Below are positions 1-13,452 of a DNA stretch of 64,000 nt, piece by piece. Under the pieces are notes generated by a model that was not told where the DNA came from, did no database searches, and worked only from the letters and a program-made list of their open reading frames with translations. The translations under genes and the position numbers were made by a program. Location of the stretch: positions 6,572,001 to 6,636,000 of the forward strand of contig OZ024753.1 in assembly GCA_964016885.1 (NCBI GenBank). The letters are read 5' to 3'. The stretch comes from Eledone cirrhosa. Lineage: Eukaryota. Each line of letters starts with the position of its first letter. Positions within the stretch are counted from its first letter, which is position 1.

Positions 1-740
1 AAAGTCAATTAAATCGACGCCAGTGTGTAACTGGTACTTTATTCTATCGACCATGTAAGGATGAATGCAATGTTAATCTCGGCGGGATTTGATCTCAGAA
101 CGTAAAGGGAAGGAAGTATATGCCACAAAGCATATTGCCTGACACTCCACCGATAGTGTCAATTCCTGGCCCTGACAGCTGGCATAAATAATGATTTCAA
201 ACATAAAAGAGATCAGAACTGACAGGGGAAAAACCATATATTATCTGATATGAAATGAGGAAAAAGAAACCCACTTGGGTTCGTATTTAAATTTAAAGCG
301 TAGATAAATAGAACTTCTAGTGGAAAACAAATTGCTTATGGTTCTAGCAATTGTCTCATCGACCACATTTACAGGATCAATACTAATAGTATTTATTGCT
401 GGTCGAGCTAAAAATGTCGTGCTACCTTATACAGAAATAGCCTTCCATTCTCTATCACGTTCTACTAATGCTATTTGATAATCTCCTTAAAAAGCATAAC
501 ATATAATTCACCAACTCCACCTTCGAGTTAAATACTTCTCCCGACTATAACTACTACATAGAAAAACACCCACATCTAATTTATCTGGTATTTTGTTTGT
601 AGATATCAATTGAGAAAAAGAGAACGTAGCATGACATATGATAGAAAATCTACTTCATATATATATATATGTGTATATATATATATGTAAATTAATAAAA
701 ACAATGAAATAAAAACAATTCGCCGCACTTAGTAATAATA

Positions 741-932
741 ATAATTGTTTCTACTTTTGGCACAAGGCCAGCAATAAACCAGTGTATTACTGGTACTTTA
801 TTTTATCGACCCCGTAAGGATGAAAGGCAAAATTAACCTCGGCGGGATATGAACTCAGAATGGCAAGGGCCGTAACTCTATGCGTCAAAGCATAGCGTCC
901 GACCCTCTACCGATACTGCCAATTGACCCGGC
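741..932 (-). mobile_element. tRNA-derived SINE, family 1 (Meta-domain-like core)
   Basis: Reverse complement of the family consensus GGCGGTGGATTGGCAGTATCGGTAGAG...GAGTTCAAATCCCGCCGAGGTTAACTTTGCCTTTCATCCTTACGGGGTCGATAAAATAAAGTACCAG...GGCCTTGTGCCAAAAGTAGAAAC(ATT)n. It has pol III A/B-box-like motifs. A decayed copy lies at 1-170. Confidence 0.9.
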
Positions 933-1078
933 AATAATGCTTTTTAAAATGTTTCTTTATCGATGTTTTAGTATAACTTTGGTAAGTTAGCACCACCTAT
1001 CTTGTGAATGAAATATTGAGAAGCTGCTATTATTTGCGTTTTCTTTTGTAAGACCGGATAATGGAAATCATGGTTTAA

Positions 1079-1299
1079 CCCTTTAGCATTTAAACCGGCC
1101 TTATTCGGCCATAATTCTCTCACCCCTTTCTGTTCAAACCGGCCGTAACTGGCCACTCGTCCTGATGTTAAAGTATTGCTCTCAAAATAAATAATATCAA
1201 AATCTTATAGATACGGTATTATGTGAGATATCATGCAAGATAAAGCCTTAAACTGTGAAAATACAATCATAAATATAGAGTAATGTAAATGCTAAAGTG
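1079..1299 (+). mobile_element. piggyBac-like MITE
   Basis: TTAA on both sides (1075-1078, 1300-1303); terminal inverted repeats CCCTTTAGCATT / AATGCTAAAGTG; related copies at 8124-8333 and 33879-34095. Confidence 0.8.
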
Positions 1300-1432
1300 T
1301 TAACAGATAAATCCTTCATTGCCGTATTAAACAGCCAAATGCTTTACCATCAAAGTTCCTCTGTATGTAGTGACTGTCTGTAGTCATAGATTATTGCCCC
1401 AACAATAGCTGAATATTACTCTTATAATTATG

Positions 1433-1795
1433 TTAGAGGGTAGGACGCCATCCTTTGCAGCATGGAGTTATGGGCCTTTACGATTCGAGTTCAAATCCCG
1501 CCGGGGTTAACTTTGCCTTTCATCCATACAGGTCGATAAAATAAAGTACCAGTAATGTACTGGAATAATTGCTGGCCTTGTGCCACAAGTAGAAATTATT
1601 AATAATGTCTTGGATTGGCAGAATTGGTAGAGCACCAGACACCATGCTCTGCAGCATAGTTATGGCCCTTTATGTTCTGAGTTCAAATCCTGCCAATGTT
1701 AACGTTGCCTTTCATCCTTACGGGGTCGATAAAATAAAGTACCAGTAATGCACTGGGTAATTGCTGGCCTTGTGCCAATAGTAGAAACATTTATT
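1433..1795 (+). mobile_element. two tandem SINE family 1 copies
   Basis: Two head-to-tail matches to the consensus (about 1433-1600 and 1611-1795). Confidence 0.9.
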
Positions 1796-1923
1796 ATGTT
1801 TTTCCGTGACAATCTGTCTTTAGTTTATTTAGGGTTCTAATATATTCAACAAAAATTATTTCTATATTTTCTTTCTTTGTTTAGCTTTTGTCTTTGTGCG
1901 TAATTATGTATATATATGTATTG

Positions 1924-1982
<59 letters not shown>

Positions 1983-2508
1983 CATCTAACTATCTGTTTA
2001 TCTCACTCTCTCTCTCTCACTATAGATATAGATATATTATATATATATATAGATAGTTACACATATAATATATAGATAGTTATAGATATATATACATATA
2101 TAATATAAAATATATATATATTATATCTAACCATATATCTATCAATATCTATCTATCTATATATATAATGAAATAAATATATGAGAGAGAGAGAGAGAGA
2201 GAGCGAGAGAGGGAGAGAGAGAGCGAGAGAGAGTGAGAGAGAGAGAGTGTGTGTTTTATTAAGTGTATCAAAATTAGGATTGGCTTTTGCAAATATACAT
2301 TTCTTTTGCCACTGACAGTAAATAAAGCATTTAATCACGGATATCATTGGCAATAATTTGGTTTTGCGCATTCAAATATTTAAAAAATATAACAGCATAG
2401 ACGTCATTCCAAATTTAGAAAAGATAAATATGAAATCTTTGTATTTAACACTCCTTTAATTCATAAATCAATTGAAAGCAATATAGCCCCAGGAATATAA
2501 CCATTGTA

Positions 2509-2790
2509 GAGGCACGTGACCTAGTGGTAAGGGTGTTGGACTTACGATCATAACGTCGTCGATTCGATTCCTGGGTTGCGTGTTGTGTTCTTGAGCAAAA
2601 CACTTCATTTCATGTTGTTCCAGTATACGCAGCTGGAAATTAGTACCAGCAGCAATTGCTGGGGCGTTAACCCTGCGATGGACTGGCGTCCTGTCCAGGG
2701 GGGAGTCTTGTACTGTCAGTCCCTTCTCGCCATGAAACCAGGATAAGCACCGGCAAAATGACCCTTCTGGCTTAAGACAGACTCGATTTT
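2509..2790 (+). mobile_element. tRNA-derived SINE, family 2 (CORE-like and V-like segments)
   Basis: tRNA-like head GGCACGTGACCTAGTGGTAAGG...GATTCGATTCC, then TGTGTTCTTGAGCAAAACACTT (CORE-like) and CCTGCGATGGACTGGCGTCCTGTCCAGGG (V-domain-like). A diverged minus-strand copy lies at about 7170-7372. Confidence 0.8.
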
Positions 2791-2924
2791 TTCAGGATAT
2801 AAACATTTGAACAATCTTTTATAATTACTTATATTGTTGTTGTTGTTTTTCTGTTAGTTTCCTATGGTTTGACACAAATTGGTTAAGATATTAGTCTATG
2901 ACGGAGTCCTTCATTATATCTTAT

Positions 2925-3112
2925 GGCGGTGGATTGGCAGTATCGGTGGAGGGTCGGACGCCATGCTTTCCAGCATAGTTACGTCCCTTTACGATCTGAG
3001 TTAAAATCTCGCCGAGGTTGACTTTGCCTTTCATCCTTACGTGGTCGATAAAATAAAGTACCAGTAATGCACTGGTTAATTTGCTGGCCTTGTGCCTAAC
3101 GTAGAAACAATT
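2925..3112 (+). mobile_element. full-length SINE family 1 with target-site duplication
   Basis: Complete consensus flanked by the direct repeat ATTATATCTTATGG (2913-2926 and 3110-3123). Confidence 0.93.
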
Positions 3113-3152
3113 ATATCTTATGGATAATATTATTTTATCAATTGTTCTTATA

Positions 3153-3275
3153 CAGAGAAATTCCGTTACAACGAACAATTCTATATAACGAGATTGACCT
3201 AACACATCGAGTGCGTAGCTGGGGATTGAACACATTTTCGTTATAATGGTATTTGTTATAACGGAATTTTATCTG
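3153..3275. mobile_element. pogo/Tigger-like MITE
   Basis: TIR CAGAGAAATTCCGTTACAACGAA ... TTTGTTATAACGGAATTTTATCTG, preceded by TA. Confidence 0.75.
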
Positions 3276-3290
3276 CATTACTTATCAATA

Positions 3291-3566
3291 TACGAGGATC
3301 AACTGAAATATCCATAGGCTCACTATGAAGGAGTGATGCTAGAGCTGTGAAATCTTGTATGCATTCATTTCAACTCTTCTTATTCATAACTGCATTGTTT
3401 TCTTCCAAAGACTATGTTGAAAACGTTCATCAAGGTTGATCAAGATACTCTCATGGAATGACCAAATAAGATTTATTTTGCAACATAGTCTCGGGAATGA
3501 AACAGCGCAGTTATTAATAGGAAAAGGTGAAATGAATGCATGCATCACTCTTTCATAATCAGCCCA
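3291..3566. mobile_element. mariner/Tc1-like MITE remnant
   Basis: Starts TACGAGG; ATGAAGGAGTGATGC...ATGCATTCATTTCA is inverted near the end as TGAAATGAATGCATGCATCACTCTTTCAT; related copy at about 44275-44410. Confidence 0.55.
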
Positions 3567-3760
3567 TCCTTCTATGATGCTGAGATGTCGAAGATTGAAT
3601 CAATTAATCATATGAAAACCATGTAATTATATATACGTAAATATAATTGGAAAATATTTAAAGCTGCATCATTTATCTAATAAACGATAGCTCCGACAGA
3701 TCCTGAATAATATAACACACAGTCTTGTCCCCTCTTTATATACATTGTCACACTAAACTA

Positions 3761-3876
3761 CAGTGAAATTCCGTTATAACGAAAAATTATTTTTAACCCG
3801 ATCGACCTAACACATCGAGCCTGGGATTGAGAAAATGTTCATTATAATGGTATTCGTTATAACGGAAATTTACGTG
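3761..3876. mobile_element. pogo/Tigger-like MITE
   Basis: TA|CAGTGAAATTCCGTTATAACGAA ... TTCGTTATAACGGAAATTTACGTG|TA. Further partial copies at about 4190-4318, 33370-33548 and 59410-59452. Confidence 0.85.
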
Positions 3877-5798
3877 TATATCATTAGTTTACAAGCTTAG
3901 TAATATTTTCTAGTAACGTGTGTGATGAAAGAACTTTGATATAAATATATATACAATATATATATAGTCTAACTATATATTTTAACTGTGGGTTATCAAT
4001 GAAAAAAAAATAAACATTGATTGCCAGCTAAATTAACTATAGGGATATAAAATATACGGAAGCGGAAACCAAACCAAACAGTGTGTGTTATATTATATAT
4101 TTCTGGCAATGTTATAACAACATGCCCCACCCAAATATAACAAAATTTGTTTTAACACATAATTTCATCATATCAAAACCCTTGCAAAATATTGTAATGA
4201 AAACTTCTTTATAACGAGATCGACCTTACACATCGAGCGTGTGGCATGGGATTGAAAAAATGTTCCTTATACTGAAAGATTCGTTATAATGGTATTCATT
4301 GTAACGGAATTTTACCTGTATATCATTAGTTTACAACCTTATTAATGTTTTCTGATTCAGGCAGAAGGTTAACAATTTTGGAGGAGGGGAAAAAGATTAA
4401 ATCAACCACAGTGGGTTACTGTTTGCTTTTTTTTTTCATCGACTTTGTATGACTGAAAAGAAAAGCTAACCTGAACTTAACTATATGTAGTGAAGCATAT
4501 TATCCGACACTCTACCGACTATGCCAAACTACCGCCTTTACTTTACGAGATTAAAAATTCCAACCAAAACACCCTCATCGCCTTTCTAATTTACTGACAA
4601 ATGTTAGGGACAAATGCTTAATATAATATTTTGTGCATCTTTCTTCCAAAGAATTATGGATGGTGCAAGTGCAGAGAATTCGATTGAATTAATTATTGTT
4701 CTTCTTGATCCATCCTGATCTGGGTTTAAAGAATAGCAAACAGATTATTTTATTTAAGTGTTATGAATATCATAAATTACTAATTAATGGCTAATCATGA
4801 TGGGTCTTAAATCATTTGGAGAATTGACTTCACCTCGCATATGCGAATAACAAGTCTAAGAATGCATGGATGTTTCAATGTTACTCTAAAATATAGGAGG
4901 CATGTGCATGATATGAAGAATATCATTTTAATTTCATGGAATAATTTAGGGACATAAATCGGTTGTGTCAGTACAACCCCCCCCCCCCATTCCCCACTCC
5001 CCAGGTGGTATAACCTTTTCCTCATTTAACATCATTTACAATAGAGCTTAATGATGAAATTAAATGCAAATTATTAGATATTATTGCATAAACAAACAGT
5101 TATTTCAAATAAATGCTAAAGCAATTGCAGTAGAGGAATAAATGTGGGACCCTCGGTCGGTGTCGACTTTGGGCATTGAGCTGTCTGATCAAGTCAATAT
5201 CATTCCCATTATATTAACTTGTATGTGGATGTGTCTCTCCAGGACAGGTGAACCTAAATAACATTCTAAGGCAGAGAAACATTTGGAAAAATCTGGCGAA
5301 ACCGAAGCTATGAAATACATTTCAAGATAGAAAGATCTTAGAATAATGATATATATATATATAAACAAGAAGTGTAAGTCAATAGGTTAGAAGAATTAAC
5401 CTCGTTTATTCATATTCGCTGTTATATTTATTTTGGTGATATTTATTTAACAGCTACGACCTCATCAGCCAGCTAGAACTCCGAACAGAAAAACATAATC
5501 GCTCAAAGTTTAGCTCTGTTATTTCGGTTCTGAAGTACAGTGTTTTCTCAAAGAACTGGTGGCATAGATAGATAGGTGATAGATAGATAAATACGTAGAT
5601 ATATTTAACTTCTTTGGCAAATATCTGGTAAAAACCGAAGCCATAAAATACTGGTGCCCTCCAAAATTATATATCTTTTTAACTTCTGCAAATTTAAGTT
5701 CAAGAAATATCCATCTCTTTACGACTGTTACCAACACATGCATTGCTTTTAAGTGGCTTTCCACCTAATATTTCATGGATTTCATTATTTGGAGTTAC

Positions 5799-5985
5799 GG
5801 GTGGATTGGCAGTATCGGAAGAGAGTCGGACACCATGCTTTGAAGCATAGAGTTAGGTCCTTTTATGATTTGAGTTCAAATCCCGCCGAGGTTAACTTTT
5901 CCTTTCCTCATTACGGGGTCGATAAAATAAAGTACCAGTAATACACTGGCTAATTGCTGGCCTTGTGCCAAAAGTAGAAACGATT
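5799..5985 (+). mobile_element. SINE family 1 with 19-bp target-site duplication
   Basis: ATTATTTGGAGTTACGGGT at 5784-5802 and 5983-6001. Confidence 0.93.
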
Positions 5986-6699
5986 ATTTGGAGTTACGGG
6001 TTATTCTCAACAATACGACTGGTATTTGAGAACTTGAAGCATGTGACAACCCGAGACATCAAGTCGTATTTTAAGGCATTTAGAGTACATATGTTACTGA
6101 AATTAATAAAACGAGTTGGTGTAACTTTGGCAATGAATCAACTCTCTAATATGTGACAGATGAATAAAAGGCGTGATTTAGAAACAAATCATTTCTAATT
6201 TGGTGCAGACGATCTATAGATTAATTTAAAATGTCGATAGATTTTAGGCTAAACAGACTTGATTTGACATTGTTTTCGTTATTTCGTAGGTTATTGGAAA
6301 GTTATTGGAAAGTCCTACTTAGCTGAGAGATGTTTGTTTTTCTAGTATTTGTCATAATAGAGTGAACAGATTAGAATGTATTTGCAATTTCAGTTTGTTA
6401 TCTATGCAATCCTTACATATATTTAATTAACATAGAATTGGCCTTAGTGGGATACGCTAAATTGCATGTTTTCATTCCGCAACGAATCAACATCTCACAC
6501 TTGCTATATTTTGGCGTTTATCTAACTACCAGTTATTCCCTACACGCCACCGTATCCTACACAATTTTTTTTTCCGAAATATTTTGTTTAGTATGAAGTC
6601 AAATTCTAGTCAGTCTGAGATTCATCAACTATTGTCTTCATTTTATTTTTCATCCAAACTTAATTACCCTCATATCTTCCGATAATTATTCACATTATT

Positions 6700-6905
6700 T
6701 TCATGTCACTTCATAATTCTGTATAACCTCGCCAAATTTAGTTTGTTCTCTTTTTAATCGGATTCCCAGAGGTGAGAAGAAAGAATTCTCTAATTTCTTC
6801 CAAAGTAAGTGTAAGATTGGACAAACAATCAATATTTTATGAGAATCATCACACTTTTCATTGTAGGTCTTTGATATACATTTGGCTAGAACATTAATTT
6901 CTCAC
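6700..6905 (-). pseudogene. possible decayed L1/Tx1 C-terminal (zf-RVT-like) fragment
   Basis: Manual translation ...KCDDSHKILIVCPILHLLWKKLENSFFSPLGIRLKREQTKFG resembles the H-x-x-x-CP-x5-W...FG end of L1-clade ORF2. Confidence 0.3.
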
Positions 6906-7519
6906 CAATCCAGCTACATTAATAAATTTGTGATTCATCAAGGTGTTTTCAATTATGAAATCATGTTTGTTTTTAATGTGTTAATCAAGAAAGAAAAAGA
7001 AAATCTAATTCCACCAAAAGATTAAAAATAGATTTGTCTCCATAAATGTTAACTTTAATATTACAGAAAATATTGTGTTCAATTATTGACTGGGTGAATT
7101 ATAAAGTATCTTTGCAATGTATGTAATACGAACTAGTTAAAGTCTGTCCATCGGGCCTGCAAATATACCCCGTTTATTGGTGTTAAGAGACTGACAGTAC
7201 AAGACTCTTCATGGAAAGAAATGCCGGTTTAATTCCTCAGCTGGTACTCATCTAAGCTGAGTGGACTGGAGCAACGTAAAATAAAGAGTTTTGCTCAAGA
7301 ACACAACACACAATCTGGTACAGAAATCGAACTAACGTACGCCAAGTATCCTAACCATATGACCATGCAGCTATGGAATACAGCTTTCATATAAATGTAA
7401 AATACACCCGGATGTAACACATGCGCAAACTAAGCACACAACACACAAAAACAAGATGGTGTAGGACAGAACAAAGGAAAGACACAAAATATAAGCCTAG
7501 TCAACGAGGAGGACACAGA

Positions 7520-7730
7520 ATGTGTGACGAAAGAGATTTGACAATATATAAACAACCATCCAGTTATCGAACCAACTAACTAACCGGAAACTTATAATAA
7601 ATTGAAGTGAAAACCAACAGGTGCATGTATTTTTATTGGCAACATGACGCTCCCAAATTATAACAATATCTGTTTCAACACACGTTTTCAGATAAGAAAT
7701 CTCACAAAGCAAATTCAAAAACAAACTTTT
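7520..7730 (+). repeat. unclassified dispersed repeat
   Basis: Inverted copy at about 9240-9492 (TTGGCAACATGACGCTCCCAAATTATAACAATATCTGTTTCAACACACG vs its reverse complement) and a diverged copy at about 4070-4190. Confidence 0.75.
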
Positions 7731-8123
7731 ATTTTCTTTATGGTTCAATCTCAGTTCATCAGCGGCAGTGAACAACGAAATATATTTCAGACCGTATATC
7801 ATTTTCTCAAGGCAAGTGTAATGCAATTGTTTTTTAGAGGTTTTCTTGTGAATTAATTAAGAAATTCGATGACGTTTGCACACAATGATATGTAGGTAGA
7901 CATATAGACTAATGATTCTAGAGAAGAAATGGAAAATAAAGTGTCTTTAAAACAATTGTTTACATTTTCTCTCTGAACGCAGCCTTTCAGTCTCAAACGA
8001 CGCATTGCATTATCATTACATGTGTTGATACATAACAAACATTAATATTTTTCATATTAGTGTTCAGAGGATAAATATAAAAAGGATGTTGATAATATGA
8101 AACAATTGAAATTACTATATTAC

Positions 8124-8333
8124 GCATTTAAACCGGCCATATTTGGCCAGAATTCTCTTACCTCTTTCTGTTCAAACCAACTGTTACTGGCCACTCATAC
8201 TTCTGTTACGGTATTGTTCTCAAATTAGTAATATCAAAATGTTATCGATTCGATATGTGACATAATTATGAGAGATAAAACCTTTACTGTGAAAATATAA
8301 TAGTAAGTATAGAGTAATATAAATGCTAAAAGG
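8124..8333 (+). mobile_element. piggyBac-like MITE
   Basis: Homologous to 1079-1299; ends AATGCTAAAAGG|TTAA. Confidence 0.75.
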
Positions 8334-8373
8334 TTAAATTATTAACTATATAATTACAATAAAATATAAAATA

Positions 8374-9001
8374 CTTTATTTTATCGGCTCCGTAAGAATG
8401 AAAGGCAAAGCTAACCTCCAGAACAATTGTTTCTACTTTTGGCACAAGGCCAGCAATTATTCCAGTGCATTACTGGTACTTTATTTTATTGACCCCGTAA
8501 GGATGAAAGGCAAAGTTAACCTCGGCGGGATTTGACGCAACTCTATGCTGCAAAGCATGGCGTCCGACCCTCTACTGATACTGCAGTACTGCAGTAGCCG
8601 TAGTCTACTCTCTGAAGTGGACTGACGTATCATTATTTGCGGCAATATCGGTAGAGGGTCGCACGCCATGCTTTCCAGCATAGTTACGTCCCTTTACGGT
8701 CTGAGTTCAAATCCCACCGAGGTTAACTTTGCCTTTCATCCTTACGGGGTCGATAAAATAAAGTACCAGTAATGTACTGGGTAATTGCTGGTCTTGTGCC
8801 AAAAGTAGAAACAATTATTTGCGGCAGTATCGGTAGATGGTTGGACGCCAAGCCTTCTAGCATAGTTACGTCCCTTTACAGTCTGAGTTCAAATCCCGCC
8901 GAGGTTAACTTTGCCTTTCATCCTTACAGGGTCGATAACATAAAGTACCAGTAATGTACTGAGTATTTGCTGGCCTTGTGCCTAAAGTAGAAACAATTAT
9001 T
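8374..9001. mobile_element. SINE family 1 cluster (two partial minus copies, two tandem plus copies)
   Basis: Minus pieces at 8374-8586; plus copies at about 8638-8819 and 8820-9001. Confidence 0.9.
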
Positions 9002-9945
9002 AGCCTGTGCCAATATATCAGTTTAACAAATTACATTCAAAACGATACTGATAAAAAGGCTTCTACGATGTCTTATTTTGACAGTGGTAGAAGCAAATTT
9101 CGTCTACTGAAAATGTTTCTATACATTTTACAATTGTGATTTTGATGTATCTAAACTATAATAAAGGAAGGTCTTTTTGTTTACCCCGTTAGCAAAATAA
9201 GTTGGATTACTTTGAATAAATAATAAATGAATATTACATATTTCGTTTCTGAATTTGTTTAGCAAGATTCTTTATCTGAAATCGTGTGTTGAAACCGATA
9301 TTGTTATACTTTGGGAGGGTCATGTTGCCAATAAGAAACACACGCACCAGTAGCTTTCACTTCAATTTATTATATATTTATAGATTTATAAATTTACAAA
9401 TCTACAAACTTATAAATTTCTGGTTGGTTGGTTGGTTCCACAACCAGATAGTTGTTTATATATAGTCATAGTCCTTTCGTCACACACCCTGTTACATAAT
9501 TTATCTACTAAATTTTGTAAACAAAAATAATTTCGTAAAAATAAATAATTTAAAATTGACTTCTTTTCAAAGTTGCACTTCCGCTATATCGTCGCCACCA
9601 CCATCACTTCAACTACCATATATATAGAAAGAGAGATAGTGTGTGATGTCAACACTTCCGGTGGCGATCGCTTAAATAAACATACTCATTTTCTGTCACT
9701 AATTTTCTCCTAATGCAGTTTATATATAATATCATCTGTATTTAATGTACCATGGATTACGTTACTGATTACATAAGACAGTGTAACGTAGTCTTCGCTC
9801 AATTTCTGTGTATATTGTCAATTACGATTTTATTCGATGTATCATATCTACATGTATATATACCTGCGTATAATATCAATATATCAATATACACACTACA
9901 CATGCTAGCAGAAACCACTCGAAGGGTGATTTTTCTGTTAGTACC

Positions 9946-10472
9946 AATAATGGTTTCTTATATAGGCACAAGGCCAGTAATTCTGGGGTGGAGAAAGTCG
10001 ATTAAATCGACCCCAGTACTTGACTGGTACTTTATTTTATTGACCCCGTAAGGATGAAAGGGAAAGTTAACCTTGGCAGGATTTGAACTTGGATCATAAA
10101 GGGCCGTAACTCTCTGTTGCAAAGCATGGCATCGAACACTCTCCCGATACCTCCAATCCAACGCCCTTGTATATCAATAATTTTTTCTACTTTTGGCACA
10201 AGGCCAGCAATTACCCAGTACATTACTGGTACTTTATTTTATCGATCCCGTAAGGATGAAAGGCAAAGTTAACCTCGGCAGGATATCAATAATTGTTTCT
10301 ACTTTAGGCACAAGGCCAGCAATTAGCCAGTGCATTACTGGTATTTTATTTTATCGACCCTGTAAGGAAGAAAGGCAAAGTCAACCTCGGCGGGATTTGA
10401 ACTCAGGTGGTAAAGGGACGTAACTATGTTGGAAAGCATGGCGTCCGACCCTCTACCGATACTGCCAATCCA
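9946..10472 (-). mobile_element. three stacked SINE family 1 copies
   Basis: One long-tail variant with a GTCGATTAAATCGAC segment, then a truncated copy and a full copy. Confidence 0.9.
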
Positions 10473-11899
10473 ATAATAATATCAAATTAGCCAGCATTAT
10501 TCTTCTTGGCTTTTATCATCAGGCAGAATAAAATATTTCTAGATATAGAGAGCTTGTTGAGCTGTAAAGGGTCAGGTAGACTGCGCGCTGAAATTTAAAT
10601 AACGAGGTAGACCACACGCTAAAGTAGTTCCATAAATCAGTCATCTCATCAGTATCAATGCATGTAAGTACCAGCTATAAACGTAGGTACAGTAGGGTCC
10701 AACACATACTTTCGTTCGAAAATTGGCATCTTTTTTAACCTACTGAAATATATGTTTAAATAAAACTTTTCATATTTTCTTTATAGCAGACGTTAATGCG
10801 GATACAGAACTAATTTATTATTTGTTTTTACTGCACCAGACTAGGTCGAACAATACAATTTAATGGTTCCTTCTACGTTAATCTCGCTTCAATCAAATAA
10901 TAATCCGAACAGATTAGGAAGACATGTTTTCTGTAATCAATTACAAAAGAAATAAATATGTTAATTATATTTGTTCCTTTATGTGTACTTTTTTTTATCA
11001 ACTTGTACTTGTCTTCTCTTTTGTCTGGTAGAGCTGTAGTAACTTTCTTTCCAATATGAGAGAAAATAATTAATTTATTTAAAGTGTTTACGTTTGAGAA
11101 ACTATTGGGGAGATAAACATTTAAGATGTGTGCAATTAAGACATAAAATACTTGAAACAGGGAAAGAAGAGTAACATGGCAATAGCAAATATAGCAATAT
11201 ATGATGTCTGAGATTAAAAGTATGAGAATCAAAATCAGTATCTCCTTCATCAAGACGATACTACTACTACTACTACTACTGCTGCTGCTGCTGTTGCTGT
11301 TACTACTACTATAACTACATCATCACCATCTCCTCATTATCGTTATTGTCGTGAATACCATAATCAAGTGCATCACAACCTTCATCATTATAAAGATCAC
11401 TATTAACTCTATCATAACAGGAACATATTGATATCATCACGAGACGGGAATAGATAGAAACCTTAAAGCATAATAGGTTCTGGTATCTGATCCGCCATTT
11501 ATTTCTTCACAGTTTACATTCCATGTACGGTAAATTTCTCTTTCGCCCTCCCGGGGTCTATATAATAACGAATCACTCAAGTATGGAGATGGAAGTATTA
11601 GGGTTTTGCCTCTTGTCAATCTGTTGATCATGTGCTGGTCTATTGGTAGGACCAATGGAGCATCGAACAAAATCTTTGCGGGTTTTTGTCCTGATTCTTT
11701 ACTTTCTAGGTTCAAATTTCCTAACACTCAACTTTACATTTCCTCTCTCGAGGGTCGACAGACGAAATGTAAAGACAATCAAATAGTCAAGTACTGACGT
11801 AGAAATACTCGACTTTAGACAAACCAAACACCACTGATCTGTGCTAAAATATGAAACCAGTAGTTTAATTATTTGTTTTTCATCTGTTGAAAGAAATCT

Positions 11900-12190
11900 A
11901 AGAATTTGAACCACCTCTAACAGAAAGAAATAGCTATAATTTCTTTTGGTTATATTTCACCCAGGTTCTTTTGATGAACTGAAAGTGTCAACCCCTTGTG
12001 TAGAGTGTCCCAATAAAGTTGGTATATTAAAGAATTTGAGCCACGATTTTTCACTAACGTTTAAGTCTAACAGAAAAAAATAGCTATAATTTCTTTTGGA
12101 TATATTTTACCCAGGTTCTTTTGATGAACTGTTGGATGTCAACTCCTTGTATAGAGTGTCACAATAAAGTTGGTATATTAAAGAATTTGT
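11900..12190. repeat. local tandem duplication (about 150-bp period)
   Basis: TCTAACAGAAA.AAATAGCTATAATTTCTTTTGG...CAATAAAGTTGGTATATTAAAGAATTTG occurs twice. Confidence 0.85.
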
Positions 12191-12699
12191 TTTCTTTTAT
12201 TCACATATACATAAATTTTATAATGTCAAGTTTCCACAGGGAAATCAAGTCTTCAAAAATGTCAACAAACAGGACAACACTGAATGAAACTAAATTAAAA
12301 CAGATATATTTGAAGACACAGAATTGACATACATAGAGATTATGAAAAACGTTATTTCACGAAAAAAAAACACTATATACTATAATTTTTAACGACAGAA
12401 CTCGCGTATTTTCTCCATAAATAAAAATATTTCCCAACCAGCAGTATATTCTTCATTTGCAAATATTTTTTCAGGAAACAACATTTATGTGAAACTTTTG
12501 GAAGAAAGGAAACTATGCTGGCAATGATATGATAATAAAATAAATGATTTTCTTTTTGTATACATTCTAGTACTGAAACCCAGGACACTTCTCCCCATAA
12601 ACTATTCCAACAATATAGGGCGCTATTAAAAATGTTGGGCTCCTTCGTGACGCATTAGGCACGGAGTATTGGCAATTTTGGAAGAATGAGGATAATATA

Positions 12700-13421
12700 C
12701 TTTGAGGTATATAATTACGTCCCTTTACACTCTAAATTCAAATCTGGACACGGTTAGCTTTGCCTTTCATCCTTACGGGATCGATGAAATAAAGTACCAG
12801 TAATTCACGGAGGTCGATTTAATTGGTTCGCCCCTCCCCTAAAATTGTTGCCCCTGTGTTTAATTCAGAAACCATAAAGTGCAGGTTCTCAGTTGTCATT
12901 TTGTGATATGTTGATCGAGTGTGTTATAAAAATATAAGGCGTCATTCCCCACGTAATAATTGTTTCTACTTTTGGCACAAGACCAGCAAATACCGCAGTG
13001 TATTACTGGTACTTTATTTTATTAAGCAAGTAAGGATGCAAGGCAAAGTTGACCTCGGTGTGATATGAGCTCTGAACGTAAGGGGTCATATCTATGCTGC
13101 AAAGCATGGTGTCTGACACTCTACATTTACCGCCAATAATTGTTTCTACTTTTGGCACAAAAGCAGCAATTACCGCAGTGTATTACTGGTACTTTATTTT
13201 ATTGAGCCCGTAAGGACGAGAAGCAAAGATAACCTCGGCGGGATTGGAACTTTGCCTTTCATCCTTACGGGGTCGATAAAATAAAGTACCAGTAATACAC
13301 CGAGGTAATTGCTGGCCTTGTACCAAAAGTAGAAACATTATTATTATTATTATTATTATTATATAATAAAGTACCAGTAATGCTCTGTGTAATTGCTGGC
13401 CTTGTGCCTAAAGTAGAAACA

Positions 13422-13452
<31 letters not shown>

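Noticed and set aside
2925-3015. tRNA gene (A/B boxes, GTTCAAATCC)
   Set aside because: It continues into the SINE body and occurs in many diverged copies with TSDs; these are SINE heads.
5445-5480. Minus-strand CTGATGAGGTCGTAGC as a hammerhead
   Set aside because: The GAAA/stem III half is missing; at best a deleted remnant.
10873-11253. 126-aa hydrophobic ORF with an acceptor-like TCTTCTTTCCCTGTTTCAAG
   Set aside because: AT-biased composition, no recognisable domain and no clear donor site.
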